IMG/VR virus record: IMGVR_UViG_3300032227_000318
Coordinates: 46,482 to 110,481 of that record
DNA: 64,000 nucleotides
Strand: one strand, 5' to 3'
Source of the DNA: a virus
Lineage: Duplodnaviria; Caudoviricetes
Below are positions 42,727-53,359 of the stretch, piece by piece. Positions within the stretch are counted from its first letter, which is position 1. Every line of letters begins with the position of its first letter. Made by a program: the position numbers and the translations under genes. Under the pieces are notes generated by a model. It saw nothing but the letters and a program-made list of their open reading frames with translations, had not been told where the DNA came from and made no database searches.

Positions 42727-45281
42727 GAAAAGAAATCTTCCAATGAGCTAACATGTTCAGTCTTCCAGCCGATGCTATCAAGAATGATCTTCAAAGGTTC
42801 CACAAAAGACTTGTCGAACTGCATATTATAGTCGATATACTTCTCTAATGCAAACTCTTTCGGCAAGGACTGCGGGAAAGCAATCACATTAGACTGCACA
42901 TGATTTGGTTCTTTAAGGAAGATAAACTTGATCTTCTCACCTTCATTGATCGTGGGCAATACCTTGTCCAGCTTTTTTGTTCTGACAAAGTTATTGTAGA
43001 TCAAAGAACCGCGAACATGTATCGGACATCCTTTGCCATAAATTGTGGTTTTATCGGAGAACTTCTTTAGTCCATTAACACCACGCGGGAATGCAATGTC
43101 AGCAATCGGCTGTTTCATAAATTCGCTGCGATGGTAATCAATGAACTCAAGCATCTCGGCCTGTGTTTTATTCAGGACAATATCAATTGATTCCCACAAA
43201 ATCTTACGGCAATACGATGGCGTAGATGACTTGACCATTTCAAGGCCCATCACCTTTACCTTCGGCTTTGCATACTCGACACCTTCGTTATTATATACAT
43301 TCAAAATGTAACGCTTCTTGGCTGTCCAGATACCCTTGTCAGCAAGAGCTTCACGCTTCATTTGCATTTTCTGTCCGTAGGCGTTAACATATTCAGCAAG
43401 TTCGCCGTAAGATTGGTCAATAAACGGTTGAATTTTATTTTCACAGACCTTATCCATGAAGGCGATAATTTGTTTTGTTGTAGCATTAGGATTCTGCTCA
43501 ACAATAGTCTTGCTGACCAATCTATCAAGAGAGAGGTAAATAGAATCTGTGTCCGACGCAATAACATAATCTTCTTTCTCCGTTTTGAGTAGCTTGTTCA
43601 TATACTCATTTAGTTTGTTCTCAATCCAGCGAATAGCCAACTGGCCGGCCGTAGTAATAGCCGAAGCCTGACGGACATCAAAGAAACGGAAGAACTCATT
43701 ACCCAATGCACCGTAAGCGGAGTTCAGAGAGACTTTCTTTGCAAGCTGTAGATTGTTATACCTTGCAATTCGCTTCTCAATATCAAAACGCTTTTCGGAG
43801 TCGGCTTCTTTTTCAAGTTCTTTCTTAGCTTCGATAGCCTTCTTTTTGTATACGCTGCGGTCATTGTACATTGTCTCCATTAGTTCAGGCAGAAACCCAT
43901 ATTGTTCTTTGCTGAAGAACTGGCCGTTGGGCGCAAGTGTTACATTAGCGACCTTTAAAATGTTAGTGTTAACTTCTTGGTTCAAGAGAGAATCAATACT
44001 CACATTGTTCTGCCCTTTGAACTCACTCAAAGTTACATCATAGTTGTCTGGTTCAATGATAGTATCAGGCGAGATATTCCACTGCATGATCAAATGTGGA
44101 TACAGGCTGTTCAAGTCGAAACTTGCGACCCAATTGTGCTTGCCAAGAAGAGGATCTTTAACGAATGCACCAATATATGCTTCAGACTTGCTGTGCTTAT
44201 CATTCTGAGGAATAATAATGTTCTTCTCTCTTAGATGATTATAGATGATAACATCCCACATGCGTACCTGCGTGAACACATCATCATAGTTACACTTGTT
44301 ATCATATGCAAGAGTTAGAACAAGTTCAATCAATTTTAGCTTATCATCTAGCTTTTCTACTAGCTCAACGTCACGAATGTTGTACTCAATGAATAGCTGA
44401 TAGTTCTCTTTGTGAAGAGTATGAAGAGAACCATATTCTTCATAAGAAAGCTTACGCTCACCAAGTTCAACATTACAGATAGCATCAAGCTTGTAAGATT
44501 CCTGAGATTGTCCGCCAGGTGCAAACTTGCGATACATCTCAATATAGTCAAGAATGGCAATACCAGCAGGCACATAAGCCTTCTGGTCACGGCCCATGAG
44601 TGTGACTGTACGTTCTGATAGAGAATTCCAAGGAGAGATACGATTAGCCATGGCTTCGCCAAATAGATTGCGAATGCGGTTCACCAGATAGGGAATATCG
44701 AAGAACTTCACATTCCAGCCAGTGACGATATCAGGATAGTTGCCTGACCATTCATCAATATACCTCTTGATCAGATCAACTTCATCTCTACACTGAATGT
44801 ATGAAACATCATCACGCTTGTTATTAAATGCACCGCAACCCAAAACAATAAACTTGCCTTGATTACTTTTTAGGGTAATGGCTGTGATGGGTTCAGATGC
44901 GGTTGCAGGCTCAGGAAAACCATTCTCTGAGCCGACTTCGATATCAATATTGACAATGTTAATGTTAGCAATATCCCAATCAATATGGCCAGAATAAGTA
45001 TCAGCAATGAACTGATATTCATATCTCTGCATTCCATAGATTTTGAAGTCTTGAACATCTTTGTATTGCTCAATAAAGTCACGCGCTTCACGCATGGTAT
45101 CCGGCTTTACTTCAGACAGATACTCATTATGAATTGTTCTGAATTCCGTTGGCTTCTGAGAAGGAACAAAAAGAGAAGGAAGATACGGGACCTTCCTTCT
45201 CTCTCTTCTTCCATTCTCTACACTGCGAAGCAGGATCTTTGATCCGTGAACTTGTATATTTGTGTAGAATGATTTTGACAT
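42723..45281 (-). CDS. gp43: Family B DNA polymerase
   Basis: DIEV, SFDLNSLYP, KVSLNSAYG, DTDS. Confidence 0.97.
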   Translation of the reverse strand: MSKSFYTNIQVHGSKILLRSVENGRRERRKVPYLPSLFVPSQKPTEFRTIHNEYLSEVKPDTMREARDFIEQYKDVQDFKIYGMQRYEYQFIADTYSGHIDWDIANINIVNIDIEVGSENGFPEPATASEPITAITLKSNQGKFIVLGCGAFNNKRDDVSYIQCRDEVDLIKRYIDEWSGNYPDIVTGWNVKFFDIPYLVNRIRNLFGEAMANRISPWNSLSERTVTLMGRDQKAYVPAGIAILDYIEMYRKFAPGGQSQESYKLDAICNVELGERKLSYEEYGSLHTLHKENYQLFIEYNIRDVELVEKLDDKLKLIELVLTLAYDNKCNYDDVFTQVRMWDVIIYNHLREKNIIIPQNDKHSKSEAYIGAFVKDPLLGKHNWVASFDLNSLYPHLIMQWNISPDTIIEPDNYDVTLSEFKGQNNVSIDSLLNQEVNTNILKVANVTLAPNGQFFSKEQYGFLPELMETMYNDRSVYKKKAIEAKKELEKEADSEKRFDIEKRIARYNNLQLAKKVSLNSAYGALGNEFFRFFDVRQASAITTAGQLAIRWIENKLNEYMNKLLKTEKEDYVIASDTDSIYLSLDRLVSKTIVEQNPNATTKQIIAFMDKVCENKIQPFIDQSYGELAEYVNAYGQKMQMKREALADKGIWTAKKRYILNVYNNEGVEYAKPKVKVMGLEMVKSSTPSYCRKILWESIDIVLNKTQAEMLEFIDYHRSEFMKQPIADIAFPRGVNGLKKFSDKTTIYGKGCPIHVRGSLIYNNFVRTKKLDKVLPTINEGEKIKFIFLKEPNHVQSNVIAFPQSLPKEFALEKYIDYNMQFDKSFVEPLKIILDSIGWKTEHVSSLEDFFS

Positions 45282-45589
45282 TATGCTCCTGGTATAATAA
45301 GACTTGAACTCGGCACTACAATGCCACCAAACATGGAGTTATATTGATTAGTAAACTCCTTGATTGGCTCCATTATACACAATACGTGCCTCTTGTCAAT
45401 CTCAAAAACCTTCTGCTCACTAAACTCTGCCCATGGAGCAAAGCCAACATTTGGCGTCTTTGGGTCAAGCTTGTTCGGCATGACAACCACACGAACAGGA
45501 TTTTGAATCTTGAGAATATCAAATGAACTAGGCATTACTTGCCCAAGCAAATCTTCACCAGTTAGAAGCCTTACAATTTGTACTGACAT
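45281..45589 (-). CDS. Sm-like conserved phage protein
   Basis: IVRLLTGEDLLG...FAPW...YNSMFG. Confidence 0.6.
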   Translation of the reverse strand: MSVQIVRLLTGEDLLGQVMPSSFDILKIQNPVRVVVMPNKLDPKTPNVGFAPWAEFSEQKVFEIDKRHVLCIMEPIKEFTNQYNSMFGGIVVPSSSLIIPGA

Positions 45590-45786
45590 TATTCCAGTTC
45601 TCCTACATAATCAAATACGCCGACTGTTGTCCACTTAGTGGGCACATAAGTCATGCGTTGGCCTGTTTCAGACTTATAGACATACTTGTTATCGTAGTCC
45701 ATAACCTTAGCAAGCTTTTCCCACTTGCCGTCATAGGCGCGCTGCGTGAACTGTGTTTCAAGAATATTCATTATATACTTCTCCAA
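45589..45786 (-). CDS. Hypothetical protein
   Basis: Coupled ORF. Confidence 0.5.
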   Translation of the reverse strand: MEKYIMNILETQFTQRAYDGKWEKLAKVMDYDNKYVYKSETGQRMTYVPTKWTTVGVFDYVGELE

Positions 45787-45787
45787 T

Positions 45788-46051
45788 TTAATTAAATTTT
45801 ACGCCGTTCATCTTTTCTTCAGTAGTAACATATACCATTTTTTCGTCATCATTAGTATAGTATACAGGGTTCATGCCTGCTTGTCTATAGTCATCACCCC
45901 ATTTTAGTGCTACATGGAAGTTGCTGTCTGGTCCCATAATTTCGGCAGCTTGTCTTATAATTTCTTCGGAAATAGTCTTGTATGCCATAGTTCTATTCCT
46001 TTTTAGATAGTTACCATACTCCGTCTTCAATGAGATTCGCTTTACCTTCAT
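45788..46051 (-). CDS. Hypothetical protein
   Basis: ORF; probable start at MAYKTIS. Confidence 0.5.
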   Translation of the reverse strand: MKVKRISLKTEYGNYLKRNRTMAYKTISEEIIRQAAEIMGPDSNFHVALKWGDDYRQAGMNPVYYTNDDEKMVYVTTEEKMNGVKFN

Positions 46052-46232
46052 TGATAAGGTTATTTATGCAGTTATCGCAGATGTCGCCTGTATCATAAAG
46101 TGGTCCGTGCTTAAGAGCGTACCGTTGCATATCATATTTTGAGCCGTATTGACCTAAAATGTAGTGTACACCGCCATACAAATATAGAGTTGCATAACAC
46201 TCACGATCATTTTCACAGGTGTTACACTTCAT
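46011..46232 (-). CDS. Hypothetical Cys-rich protein
   Basis: CNTC...CDNC. Confidence 0.5.
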   Translation of the reverse strand: MKCNTCENDRECYATLYLYGGVHYILGQYGSKYDMQRYALKHGPLYDTGDICDNCINNLINEGKANLIEDGVW

Positions 46233-46235
46233 TTA

Positions 46236-46976
46236 TCAATCCCATAAGTTCTGATAGTATTTACCGAAAAGAATAAATCCGTTCTGCTTGCGCTTGTGAT
46301 AAGCATTAAACTTTTCTTTGTTGAACTTACCACGTTCACGCTCACGCTTTTCGGACCAATATGATTCTTCTTTTTCAATCACATTGCCATCATCTTTCAA
46401 AACGCTGTATTTTCTAGGTTCAATAACTTCATCAGGAGCATAAGGATCATAGAAGCTCTTAACACATCCATCATCATCATCAAGTTTCTGTTCAAAGCTC
46501 CAAATCATCTGGTCAATAACCCAAAGCCACTGAGATTGAAACTTTTCATTCACTGCTTCAAGTTCTTCTTCAGTGGCATTCAGAGTTTTGTCGTAATGGC
46601 CGTGATCAAAAACTACACTCTCTCTTTCAGAGAAACGAAGATGTTCGGGCAAGTCTTCTTTGTCTACAAAGGGGCTGCCGTGCTTGGCATCTCTAAGCTG
46701 CTTCAACATAGGGAGAGTGATATATGCCAGCGTGTGATCCATTGACCAAGTGTCATAGCTGTCAATACGAACATTGATCTTACGCTTTCGCTTACTGATA
46801 AGCTTGTTGACTGTTACATCTAAAACAGTTTGACACCAGCTTTCAAGTTTTTCAAGAAGCTTCTCAAAACGAGTGGTGCTTTCTTCCCAATCATATCCGT
46901 ACTTCTTGTTCATATACTTGTAATGAAAATCAGCAACGTAACGATTGCCTACATGTGGTCCGATATCTACTTTCAC
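46236..46976 (-). CDS. Conserved phage hypothetical protein
   Basis: DTWSMDHTLA...LFGKYYQNLWD. Confidence 0.7.
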   Translation of the reverse strand: MKVDIGPHVGNRYVADFHYKYMNKKYGYDWEESTTRFEKLLEKLESWCQTVLDVTVNKLISKRKRKINVRIDSYDTWSMDHTLAYITLPMLKQLRDAKHGSPFVDKEDLPEHLRFSERESVVFDHGHYDKTLNATEEELEAVNEKFQSQWLWVIDQMIWSFEQKLDDDDGCVKSFYDPYAPDEVIEPRKYSVLKDDGNVIEKEESYWSEKRERERGKFNKEKFNAYHKRKQNGFILFGKYYQNLWD

Positions 46977-47977
46977 TTGTCTTTCTCCAAATTATTAACG
47001 AAGATATTCCAAACAACTTCCCACGACCAGCTGTCTCTTGCTATAATACTACACTTCTTTCGTGATAAAGTCAAACACTTTTCAATGGCTAATTCTATTT
47101 TTTCATCTAGTATTCCCGTGTACTTGTTATCCACAACATCAATTGGACCTTGGACGGGATATGCGGCAACAGGAGTTCCACAATACATTGCTTCAATCAT
47201 TACTACGCCAAAGGTATCTGCCTTGCTAGTAAAAACAAAACAGTCAGCTTGTCTGTAATACTCTGCAAGTTCTGCACCAAACTTATAGCCGACAAAGATC
47301 ACATCAGGATATTTCCTTTCTAGTTCTTCTTTGTATGGCCCATCACCAACAACAATCTTTTTATACTTGTCCGGTAGCTGGCAAAAAGCATCTAGATTTT
47401 TTTCTTTTGACAAGCGACCGACAGAGAGCAAAGTCTTTGTGCCTCTCAGGTTTGGTTTTATTCTTGCAGTGAAGATTTTAGGATCAACGCCTCTTGGCCA
47501 TATGATCTGTCTACGGCCAATCTCATTATCAATCATAAACTGCTTAACAGTTTCAGTTGGGCAGAACACTTTGCGCTTTCTATGAAACCATTTAAGATAT
47601 GATCTAGTAATCCATTCAGGAACACCAGCCACATCTTTCATAAATTTTGACCAATCTGTATGATATGAGGTTGTGTATCTTCTGTTCTTAGCGGTTAGAA
47701 TGAAAGCGGCAGCAAGACCTAGCGGTCCTTCAGTTGCGATATGATAGACGGTATCAGTTTTATATTTGAGATACTTTGAGATTCCAAAAGGGACTGCGAA
47801 TGGTATCTCAGGATAAAGCTTAGAGTAAAATTTTCTCTTAAACAACCCAGGATGAACAATAACGATATCGTATCCATCTCTCTTAGCAAACTCTACCATT
47901 TTTTTGAGTGTGGTAACAACACCACTGACTTGAGGTTCCCATGCGTCTGTTACAATGACTATTCTTTTGAAGTCCAA
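46973..47977 (-). CDS. GT4 glycosyltransferase (Agt-like DAG glycosyltransferase)
   Basis: VTDAW.PQV.GVV.TL, HIATEGPLG, DTFG.V..EA. Confidence 0.85.
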   Translation of the reverse strand: MDFKRIVIVTDAWEPQVSGVVTTLKKMVEFAKRDGYDIVIVHPGLFKRKFYSKLYPEIPFAVPFGISKYLKYKTDTVYHIATEGPLGLAAAFILTAKNRRYTTSYHTDWSKFMKDVAGVPEWITRSYLKWFHRKRKVFCPTETVKQFMIDNEIGRRQIIWPRGVDPKIFTARIKPNLRGTKTLLSVGRLSKEKNLDAFCQLPDKYKKIVVGDGPYKEELERKYPDVIFVGYKFGAELAEYYRQADCFVFTSKADTFGVVMIEAMYCGTPVAAYPVQGPIDVVDNKYTGILDEKIELAIEKCLTLSRKKCSIIARDSWSWEVVWNIFVNNLEKDK

Positions 47978-48714
47978 TGGATAATCTCCCAGGTACCGTC
48001 TGTGTGTTCTACAAGAGCGGTGCAACTTTCAACCCAGTCGCCACTGTTCATATATTCAACACCGTTAATTTCTTTGATTACAGCAGTATGTATATGACCA
48101 CAAATCACACCATCATAACCTTGAGACTTACAATAGTCTGATAGAGTATCTTCAAAATCAAATATGAAATTTACAGCACCTTTTACATTTGCTTTAAGAT
48201 ATGCTGACAAACTCCAATAACCAAAACCAAAGAACTGACGAACTCTGTTATAGAACTTGTTCAGTTTGAGTAATATGGCATATGCGTTGTCGCCAAGGTA
48301 GCTTAACCATTTTGCGACCTTATGTACACCATCAAATAGATCACCATGTACTACCAAATATCTTTTGCCGTTTAGTGCCTGATAATCATGTGTGTCTTTG
48401 ATTTCAATAGACTCAATGTCAATTGAAACGTCTAACCATTCACGAAGAAACTCATCATGGTTGCCTGTAAGATAGACAACTTTAGAACCATGACGCTGTT
48501 TGTTGATTATCTGGCGAATGACAAGTGAATGTGATTGTGGCCAGAAGACACGCTTTCTTAGCTTCCATCCATCAATAATATCACCAACAAGAAATAGATT
48601 ATCACAAGAATGATTTTTAAGGAAAGAGTTAACTCCATCTGCCTGTGATCCTTCGCTTCCTAAATGGATGTCCGATATAAAGATAGAGTTATAGTGCTTG
48701 ATCTTCTTTTTCAT
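47959..48714 (-). CDS. LpxH/PlcP-like metallophosphoesterase (phospholipase C)
   Basis: SDIHLG, VGDIIDGW, GNHDE, HGD.FD, GHIH, NSGDWVES. Confidence 0.85.
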   Translation of the reverse strand: MKKKIKHYNSIFISDIHLGSEGSQADGVNSFLKNHSCDNLFLVGDIIDGWKLRKRVFWPQSHSLVIRQIINKQRHGSKVVYLTGNHDEFLREWLDVSIDIESIEIKDTHDYQALNGKRYLVVHGDLFDGVHKVAKWLSYLGDNAYAILLKLNKFYNRVRQFFGFGYWSLSAYLKANVKGAVNFIFDFEDTLSDYCKSQGYDGVICGHIHTAVIKEINGVEYMNSGDWVESCTALVEHTDGTWEIIHWTSKE

Positions 48715-49387
48715 CTATGCTTCTTAAGGCTTCATATGTTTGTTGCCAGTTTTTTACCCAATGCGCGTGATCTGCAATTAGATAGATTGAATGATCGTTG
48801 CCGCCCACTTCACACTTATCACCAAAAAATGCGAAGGGATATACATGCTTTGCAATCTGAGACTTGTCTTTACCTTTTAGAAAGATATCAATACCAGTCT
48901 CACCACCAACTACACAATCAAGTCGTGAGAACATACTGTTCAATCTCTGGCAAATCTTTTTACGTTCGTCCGTAGCATTATCCCATTCTATGTATTGCTG
49001 CCTTTGCACTTTGTTTGCATTACGGCCTACTATAGAAAAGTTGACAGTGCCAATACGCTCTTCAATGTGATTGCCAGTACGAACAGAGAAGCCTGAAATC
49101 ATTGCTTCATTTTCAAGTGCTTCTCTTTCTTGTTCAGTAAGCTTGAAATCATTCTGATATATTTTAATACCTTTCTTTGTCAAGACATTACCAGAGCAAT
49201 TGAAAATTCCTTCTACTGCATAGCAGATATCAAAACCTAATTGATTTTCGGTTTTCTTATAGTCTGAGCCAGTAACAATATAGACGGGGTGTGTCTTACA
49301 AAAGTTTAGAAAGAATGATCCAAACTCAGGATCAATCAACTCTCTAGACGGAGTAAGAGTGCCGTCTACATCAAAAACATAGTTCAT
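48689..49387 (-). CDS. HAD-IIB phosphomannomutase
   Basis: FDVDGTLT, NFSIVGRNA, FFGDKC..GGND. Confidence 0.85.
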   Translation of the reverse strand: MNYVFDVDGTLTPSRELIDPEFGSFFLNFCKTHPVYIVTGSDYKKTENQLGFDICYAVEGIFNCSGNVLTKKGIKIYQNDFKLTEQEREALENEAMISGFSVRTGNHIEERIGTVNFSIVGRNANKVQRQQYIEWDNATDERKKICQRLNSMFSRLDCVVGGETGIDIFLKGKDKSQIAKHVYPFAFFGDKCEVGGNDHSIYLIADHAHWVKNWQQTYEALRSIDEKEDQAL

Positions 49388-49638
49388 CAGATATTTTGTC
49401 CAGGCTTCTGAGTTGCGGCCTTAATGTCATCTGCTGTAATTGACTTGCAAATGAAAAAAGTCGTACCAGCATTTGTGCCAATTTCAATCTGCTTCTTATC
49501 AACTAACTCTTGACCAGCAGCATTACATTCTTGCTCGTTATTATATTCAGGCTTGTTGGGGAAATGAACATCGGTATAAACATCACCGTTGCTCATAACG
49601 ATATTCAAAACGATAAACCAAATCATGATATGCCTCAT
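49387..49638 (-). CDS. Hypothetical exported protein
   Basis: Hydrophobic N-terminus, two Cys. Confidence 0.5.
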   Translation of the reverse strand: MRHIMIWFIVLNIVMSNGDVYTDVHFPNKPEYNNEQECNAAGQELVDKKQIEIGTNAGTTFFICKSITADDIKAATQKPGQNI

Positions 49639-49648
49639 AAAAGAAAGA

Positions 49649-49722
49649 TGGAGCGGGGTACGAGATTCGAACTCGTTTCACTAGCTTGGAAGGCTAGGGC
49701 ACAACCCATATACCAACCCCGC
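49649..49722 (-). tRNA. tRNA-Gly(TCC)
   Basis: Cloverleaf, U73, CCA. Confidence 0.9.
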
Positions 49723-49734
49723 AATTAATAGTAT

Positions 49735-49956
49735 TTAGTTCATTAGATCAGAGAGTCCGCGAAGCCATTTGTACTGACGCTCAAGAAGAACAAGTGCTTC
49801 CTTCTTATCACCACGGCGCCAGCGCCACTGAACTTCAGCCATATCTTCATCATCTTCTACTTTGTATCCTCGCGCTTTGATTTCCTCAATTAGTTCCAAG
49901 TCTGTCCATTCATCAAGACCAACTTCAACTTCGGTGGAAATATACTTCGTAGACAT
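49735..49956 (-). CDS. Hypothetical protein
   Basis: ORF with GAGG SD. Confidence 0.55.
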   Translation of the reverse strand: MSTKYISTEVEVGLDEWTDLELIEEIKARGYKVEDDEDMAEVQWRWRRGDKKEALVLLERQYKWLRGLSDLMN

Positions 49957-50013
49957 TGTATTCCTCTGTGTGTGTTTGTCAGTTTGGACATAATAGACTA
50001 TCCAGTACGGATG

Positions 50014-50217
50014 TCAACCTTTTCTTTTAGGAACAGTTACACGGCGGACAACTTTTCCTACTGGAGTATATGTTTTTTTCTCAGTGCTTTCTTTCCTTAC
50101 CACGCGCCCGCGCGGCTCTGGCAATTTCTTTTTTTCGTTCACGACTAGCGTAGAACCATTCGGTAATTTCGTCTGCTGTCCGATTGCAGCCTTTACATGT
50201 TTTTCCGTCTTGTCCAT
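50014..50217 (-). CDS. Hypothetical basic protein
   Basis: ORF. Confidence 0.45.
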   Translation of the reverse strand: MDKTEKHVKAAIGQQTKLPNGSTLVVNEKKKLPEPRGRVVRKESTEKKTYTPVGKVVRRVTVPKRKG

Positions 50218-50247
50218 ATTCGCACACCTTTGTACAAATTGAGTTTG

Positions 50248-51048
50248 TCATGCCTTGTCTTCATATAATATCCTTGGAAATATCTTTCCTGCAGGATTAT
50301 CTTTTTGATCTGGTGAATATACATTGTATACTCTAACATCATCTAAGCTACATGGCCACTGTTCATCTCTGAAACGATCACCAGCAGACTTAAGCCACGG
50401 ATCACTAGACTTATTTTTGATATTTATCCACCAATCAGTAGTAGATGGGTCAGGCAGTCTCTTAATGTAGCTTGAATTGGCCCACCAATAGTTGCCGCTA
50501 AAGTGTTTTGATGGTGCGTTATAAAAATTGACACCAGCGATATCACCAATACGCAGCGACTCAACACACTTTCTCCAGTTTTCAATAACACCCCAATTCA
50601 AGAATTGGCGCCAGTAGTAGTATGTCTTGAATGTCGTTGCACCCCATTCTGTCATCTCAAGATGCTTAAGAGTGGATGTAATGCCCTTTGAATGTAGATA
50701 TAGAATTCGCATATCTTCAGTCTGAGAATGATTCCATATCTTTCGCATGGTTATATTCTCGGTGGCCGTAGTTGGTGTTTCAATAGCGTTGAGCATGTCT
50801 TTATCATTGTTGTATGGGTTAATGATAAAGTCTATGTTCTTCGGTTTACCAATATCATACTGTGCTTGAAGATCAACAAACGCATTCATCTTGCGCTGGT
50901 TGTTCTGTGTTATAACAGTAAATTCTATCCTGTCTAATATGTCTAAGGCCTTATGATCTTCCAGCAGCTTCATATGTTCCATAAAAATAGAAGACCAGGT
51001 TCCGTAGTCATCGGTCATATACAGATGATAGTATAATACGTTTTTCAA
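50248..51048 (-). CDS. Putative glycosyltransferase-like protein
   Basis: LYLHSKG, HFSGNYWWA; glycan cluster context. Confidence 0.55.
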   Translation of the reverse strand: MKNVLYYHLYMTDDYGTWSSIFMEHMKLLEDHKALDILDRIEFTVITQNNQRKMNAFVDLQAQYDIGKPKNIDFIINPYNNDKDMLNAIETPTTATENITMRKIWNHSQTEDMRILYLHSKGITSTLKHLEMTEWGATTFKTYYYWRQFLNWGVIENWRKCVESLRIGDIAGVNFYNAPSKHFSGNYWWANSSYIKRLPDPSTTDWWINIKNKSSDPWLKSAGDRFRDEQWPCSLDDVRVYNVYSPDQKDNPAGKIFPRILYEDKA

Positions 51049-52292
51049 TGTGACACCACTAAATTTGGAAAATACTTCATGAAGCGATCATTCTTGTTGT
51101 CGCGCTTTGATTTAATCTTTCTGGAGATTTCATCAAAGAAATTCCATGCAAGAGGAATAAACATGACCTTATCATCAGAACCGAGTGTATTTAAAATATC
51201 AGCCGAAACAATAGGCACACTAGAGCCGGGTGTGAAACGGCCTTGCTTCATCGGGTTATCATCAATGATGTAGTCAATTTCATTGAAAGATAGATTCGCA
51301 TAGTTGAGTAGTGTCATGCCCTTTGCAGCGGCACCATAACCAACGATCTTATATCCTGCACTCTTTGCTCTTTTGACAGCAAATGTAAGTTCTTCAACAA
51401 CTTCATTGCACTTATAGGTATAATCATCATAAGTAGAATCGGTCAATATACCAACCTTACATTCCATATCAATCAGGTTCTTGACATTATTTGATCGTTT
51501 GTTTCTTTTCGAGACAACAAAGATATAACTATTGCCATGAAGTGGACACTTCGTCACATCAATCAAATTTAGACCAGCACGATTACATAGTTCATTCATT
51601 GAATTGATATTGTAGAATGAGATGTGTTCGTGATAGATTGTATCAAACTCATTATTCAGAATCATATCAGCCTGTGAAGTCTGAATGAAGAACAGCGAAT
51701 CATCATGCATGGTATTCTTGGCATTCTTTAAGAATGTTAGAGGATCATAGTTATGGGCAAATACGTTCTGAGCAATGAGTATGTCATACTTACCGCCGCG
51801 ATCTTCTACAAACTTCTCATCAAAGTATCCAACATAGATATCATGACCATTGGCCATAGAAGTAGCTGCAAGATTTTCGGCAGGGTCAATACCATATGTT
51901 TCAATAGTATCTGAAATGAAATACTTCAACTGCGAACCATCATTACAACCGATATCCAATACAGAACTGAGCCAGTTCCTAGACATGCTCTCGTAGTATT
52001 CTTTGCTGTATTCTGCAAACCACTTGAAATGATCATGCATGGTCTGTGATGTGCCGGACACATAGAGATAATCCTTGAACATCAAGTCCGGATTAACAGC
52101 ATGTGTCAACTGTACATGATAACACTTCTCGCAACGATTAATTGCGAGAGGAAACATCTCTAACCATTCCGTCTTATCAGAGCGGAAACTATTTGCTAGA
52201 GGCTGAAAGTTAAGATCAAGTGTCAGCTTGAGGTTATTCGATCCACAAGCTAGACACTCCTTCAGTTCAATACAATTACTTTGTGAGAACAC
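51045..52292 (-). CDS. NDP-sugar C-methyltransferase family protein
   Basis: CLAC...CEKC, DIGCNDG, FDTIYHEH, GYGAAAKG.TLLN. Confidence 0.85.
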   Translation of the reverse strand: MFSQSNCIELKECLACGSNNLKLTLDLNFQPLANSFRSDKTEWLEMFPLAINRCEKCYHVQLTHAVNPDLMFKDYLYVSGTSQTMHDHFKWFAEYSKEYYESMSRNWLSSVLDIGCNDGSQLKYFISDTIETYGIDPAENLAATSMANGHDIYVGYFDEKFVEDRGGKYDILIAQNVFAHNYDPLTFLKNAKNTMHDDSLFFIQTSQADMILNNEFDTIYHEHISFYNINSMNELCNRAGLNLIDVTKCPLHGNSYIFVVSKRNKRSNNVKNLIDMECKVGILTDSTYDDYTYKCNEVVEELTFAVKRAKSAGYKIVGYGAAAKGMTLLNYANLSFNEIDYIIDDNPMKQGRFTPGSSVPIVSADILNTLGSDDKVMFIPLAWNFFDEISRKIKSKRDNKNDRFMKYFPNLVVSH

Positions 52293-52932
52293 GTTCCATT
52301 TTCCTTTTGCCAAACTTCTCGAATACAACCATACTATCATAGAAGAATACGCCTGACAACCCACTATTTGCAATCTTGTTATGAATTTCCAGTTCACTCG
52401 TCATTTCTTCTTTCCAATCATAGTGTAGAACATCAATATATGTCTTGGCATATTCAATGAAACTTGATTTACGATTTAATCCGCCGCCATTGTAACTCAT
52501 GTAACTGGTATGGCAATCTTCACAAATATAGATACCGCCGACAGACAGCATTGGGAAAACTCTCTCAAAGGTAAGAATCTGCTGATCCATGAAATGACCG
52601 CCATCATCAATGAATACATCAATCTTCTTGTTCTGTAAAAACTTATCCCAGAAATCAGGACGGCCCTGGTCACCAATGACAACTTCAATGTTCTCATTAT
52701 CATACTTCAAAGCAGCACATTCAGGGTCAACATCAATACCTATGATCTTGGCTTCTGATCCAAAATAGTTACCCCACATTTCGAGTGAGCCGCCCTTTTG
52801 CACACCAACTTCAACAACATCAATATCGGTGCCTATGAACTTCTTTAAGTGTCGGTCGTATACTTCAAAGTATGGTTGCCACTTATCAGACGAATAGTGA
52901 GACTTCTTGTGTAATTCTTCCAAATAACTCAT
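52276..52932 (-). CDS. SAM-dependent (sugar O-) methyltransferase
   Basis: EVGVQKGGS, IDDGGH, YICED. Confidence 0.8.
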   Translation of the reverse strand: MSYLEELHKKSHYSSDKWQPYFEVYDRHLKKFIGTDIDVVEVGVQKGGSLEMWGNYFGSEAKIIGIDVDPECAALKYDNENIEVVIGDQGRPDFWDKFLQNKKIDVFIDDGGHFMDQQILTFERVFPMLSVGGIYICEDCHTSYMSYNGGGLNRKSSFIEYAKTYIDVLHYDWKEEMTSELEIHNKIANSGLSGVFFYDSMVVFEKFGKRKMERVLTK

Positions 52933-52944
52933 AGTTTAATCATC

Positions 52945-53358
52945 CTATTTCTTTTTTGATCTTTTCTTTATAACTTTTTTATCCAAGTCAATCAATTTAG
53001 CATTTATTTTCGCTTTGCCTAAAATTCGATGTATTAACAATCTATGATGGCCATCCATCACTAGATATTTTTTCTTGTGTTTGATAACAAATATTGGTTC
53101 ATGATCATCCATTTTCCATAACATATCTTCAATCGAATAAAATGTTCCTCTATGGGTTTTTATAAGCTTGTCTAGTTCTATATTGACCGTTTTAGCAGTC
53201 AAGAATGAATCAATAACTCTGCCTTTTGTTCTTTTCATTAATAGATCATAAGCATCATCGCCAAGTTTAGTTTCAGAATTTTTTAGTTCTTTCTCCTCTT
53301 GGATATAAAAATGTATTATTCTTGTAAATACCTTTTTATATTTCTTGCTCTTTGACAT
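52945..53358 (-). CDS. ParB/Srx-like domain protein
   Basis: PIFV...VMDGHHR. Confidence 0.6.
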   Translation of the reverse strand: MSKSKKYKKVFTRIIHFYIQEEKELKNSETKLGDDAYDLLMKRTKGRVIDSFLTAKTVNIELDKLIKTHRGTFYSIEDMLWKMDDHEPIFVIKHKKKYLVMDGHHRLLIHRILGKAKINAKLIDLDKKVIKKRSKKK

Positions 53359-53359
53359 A

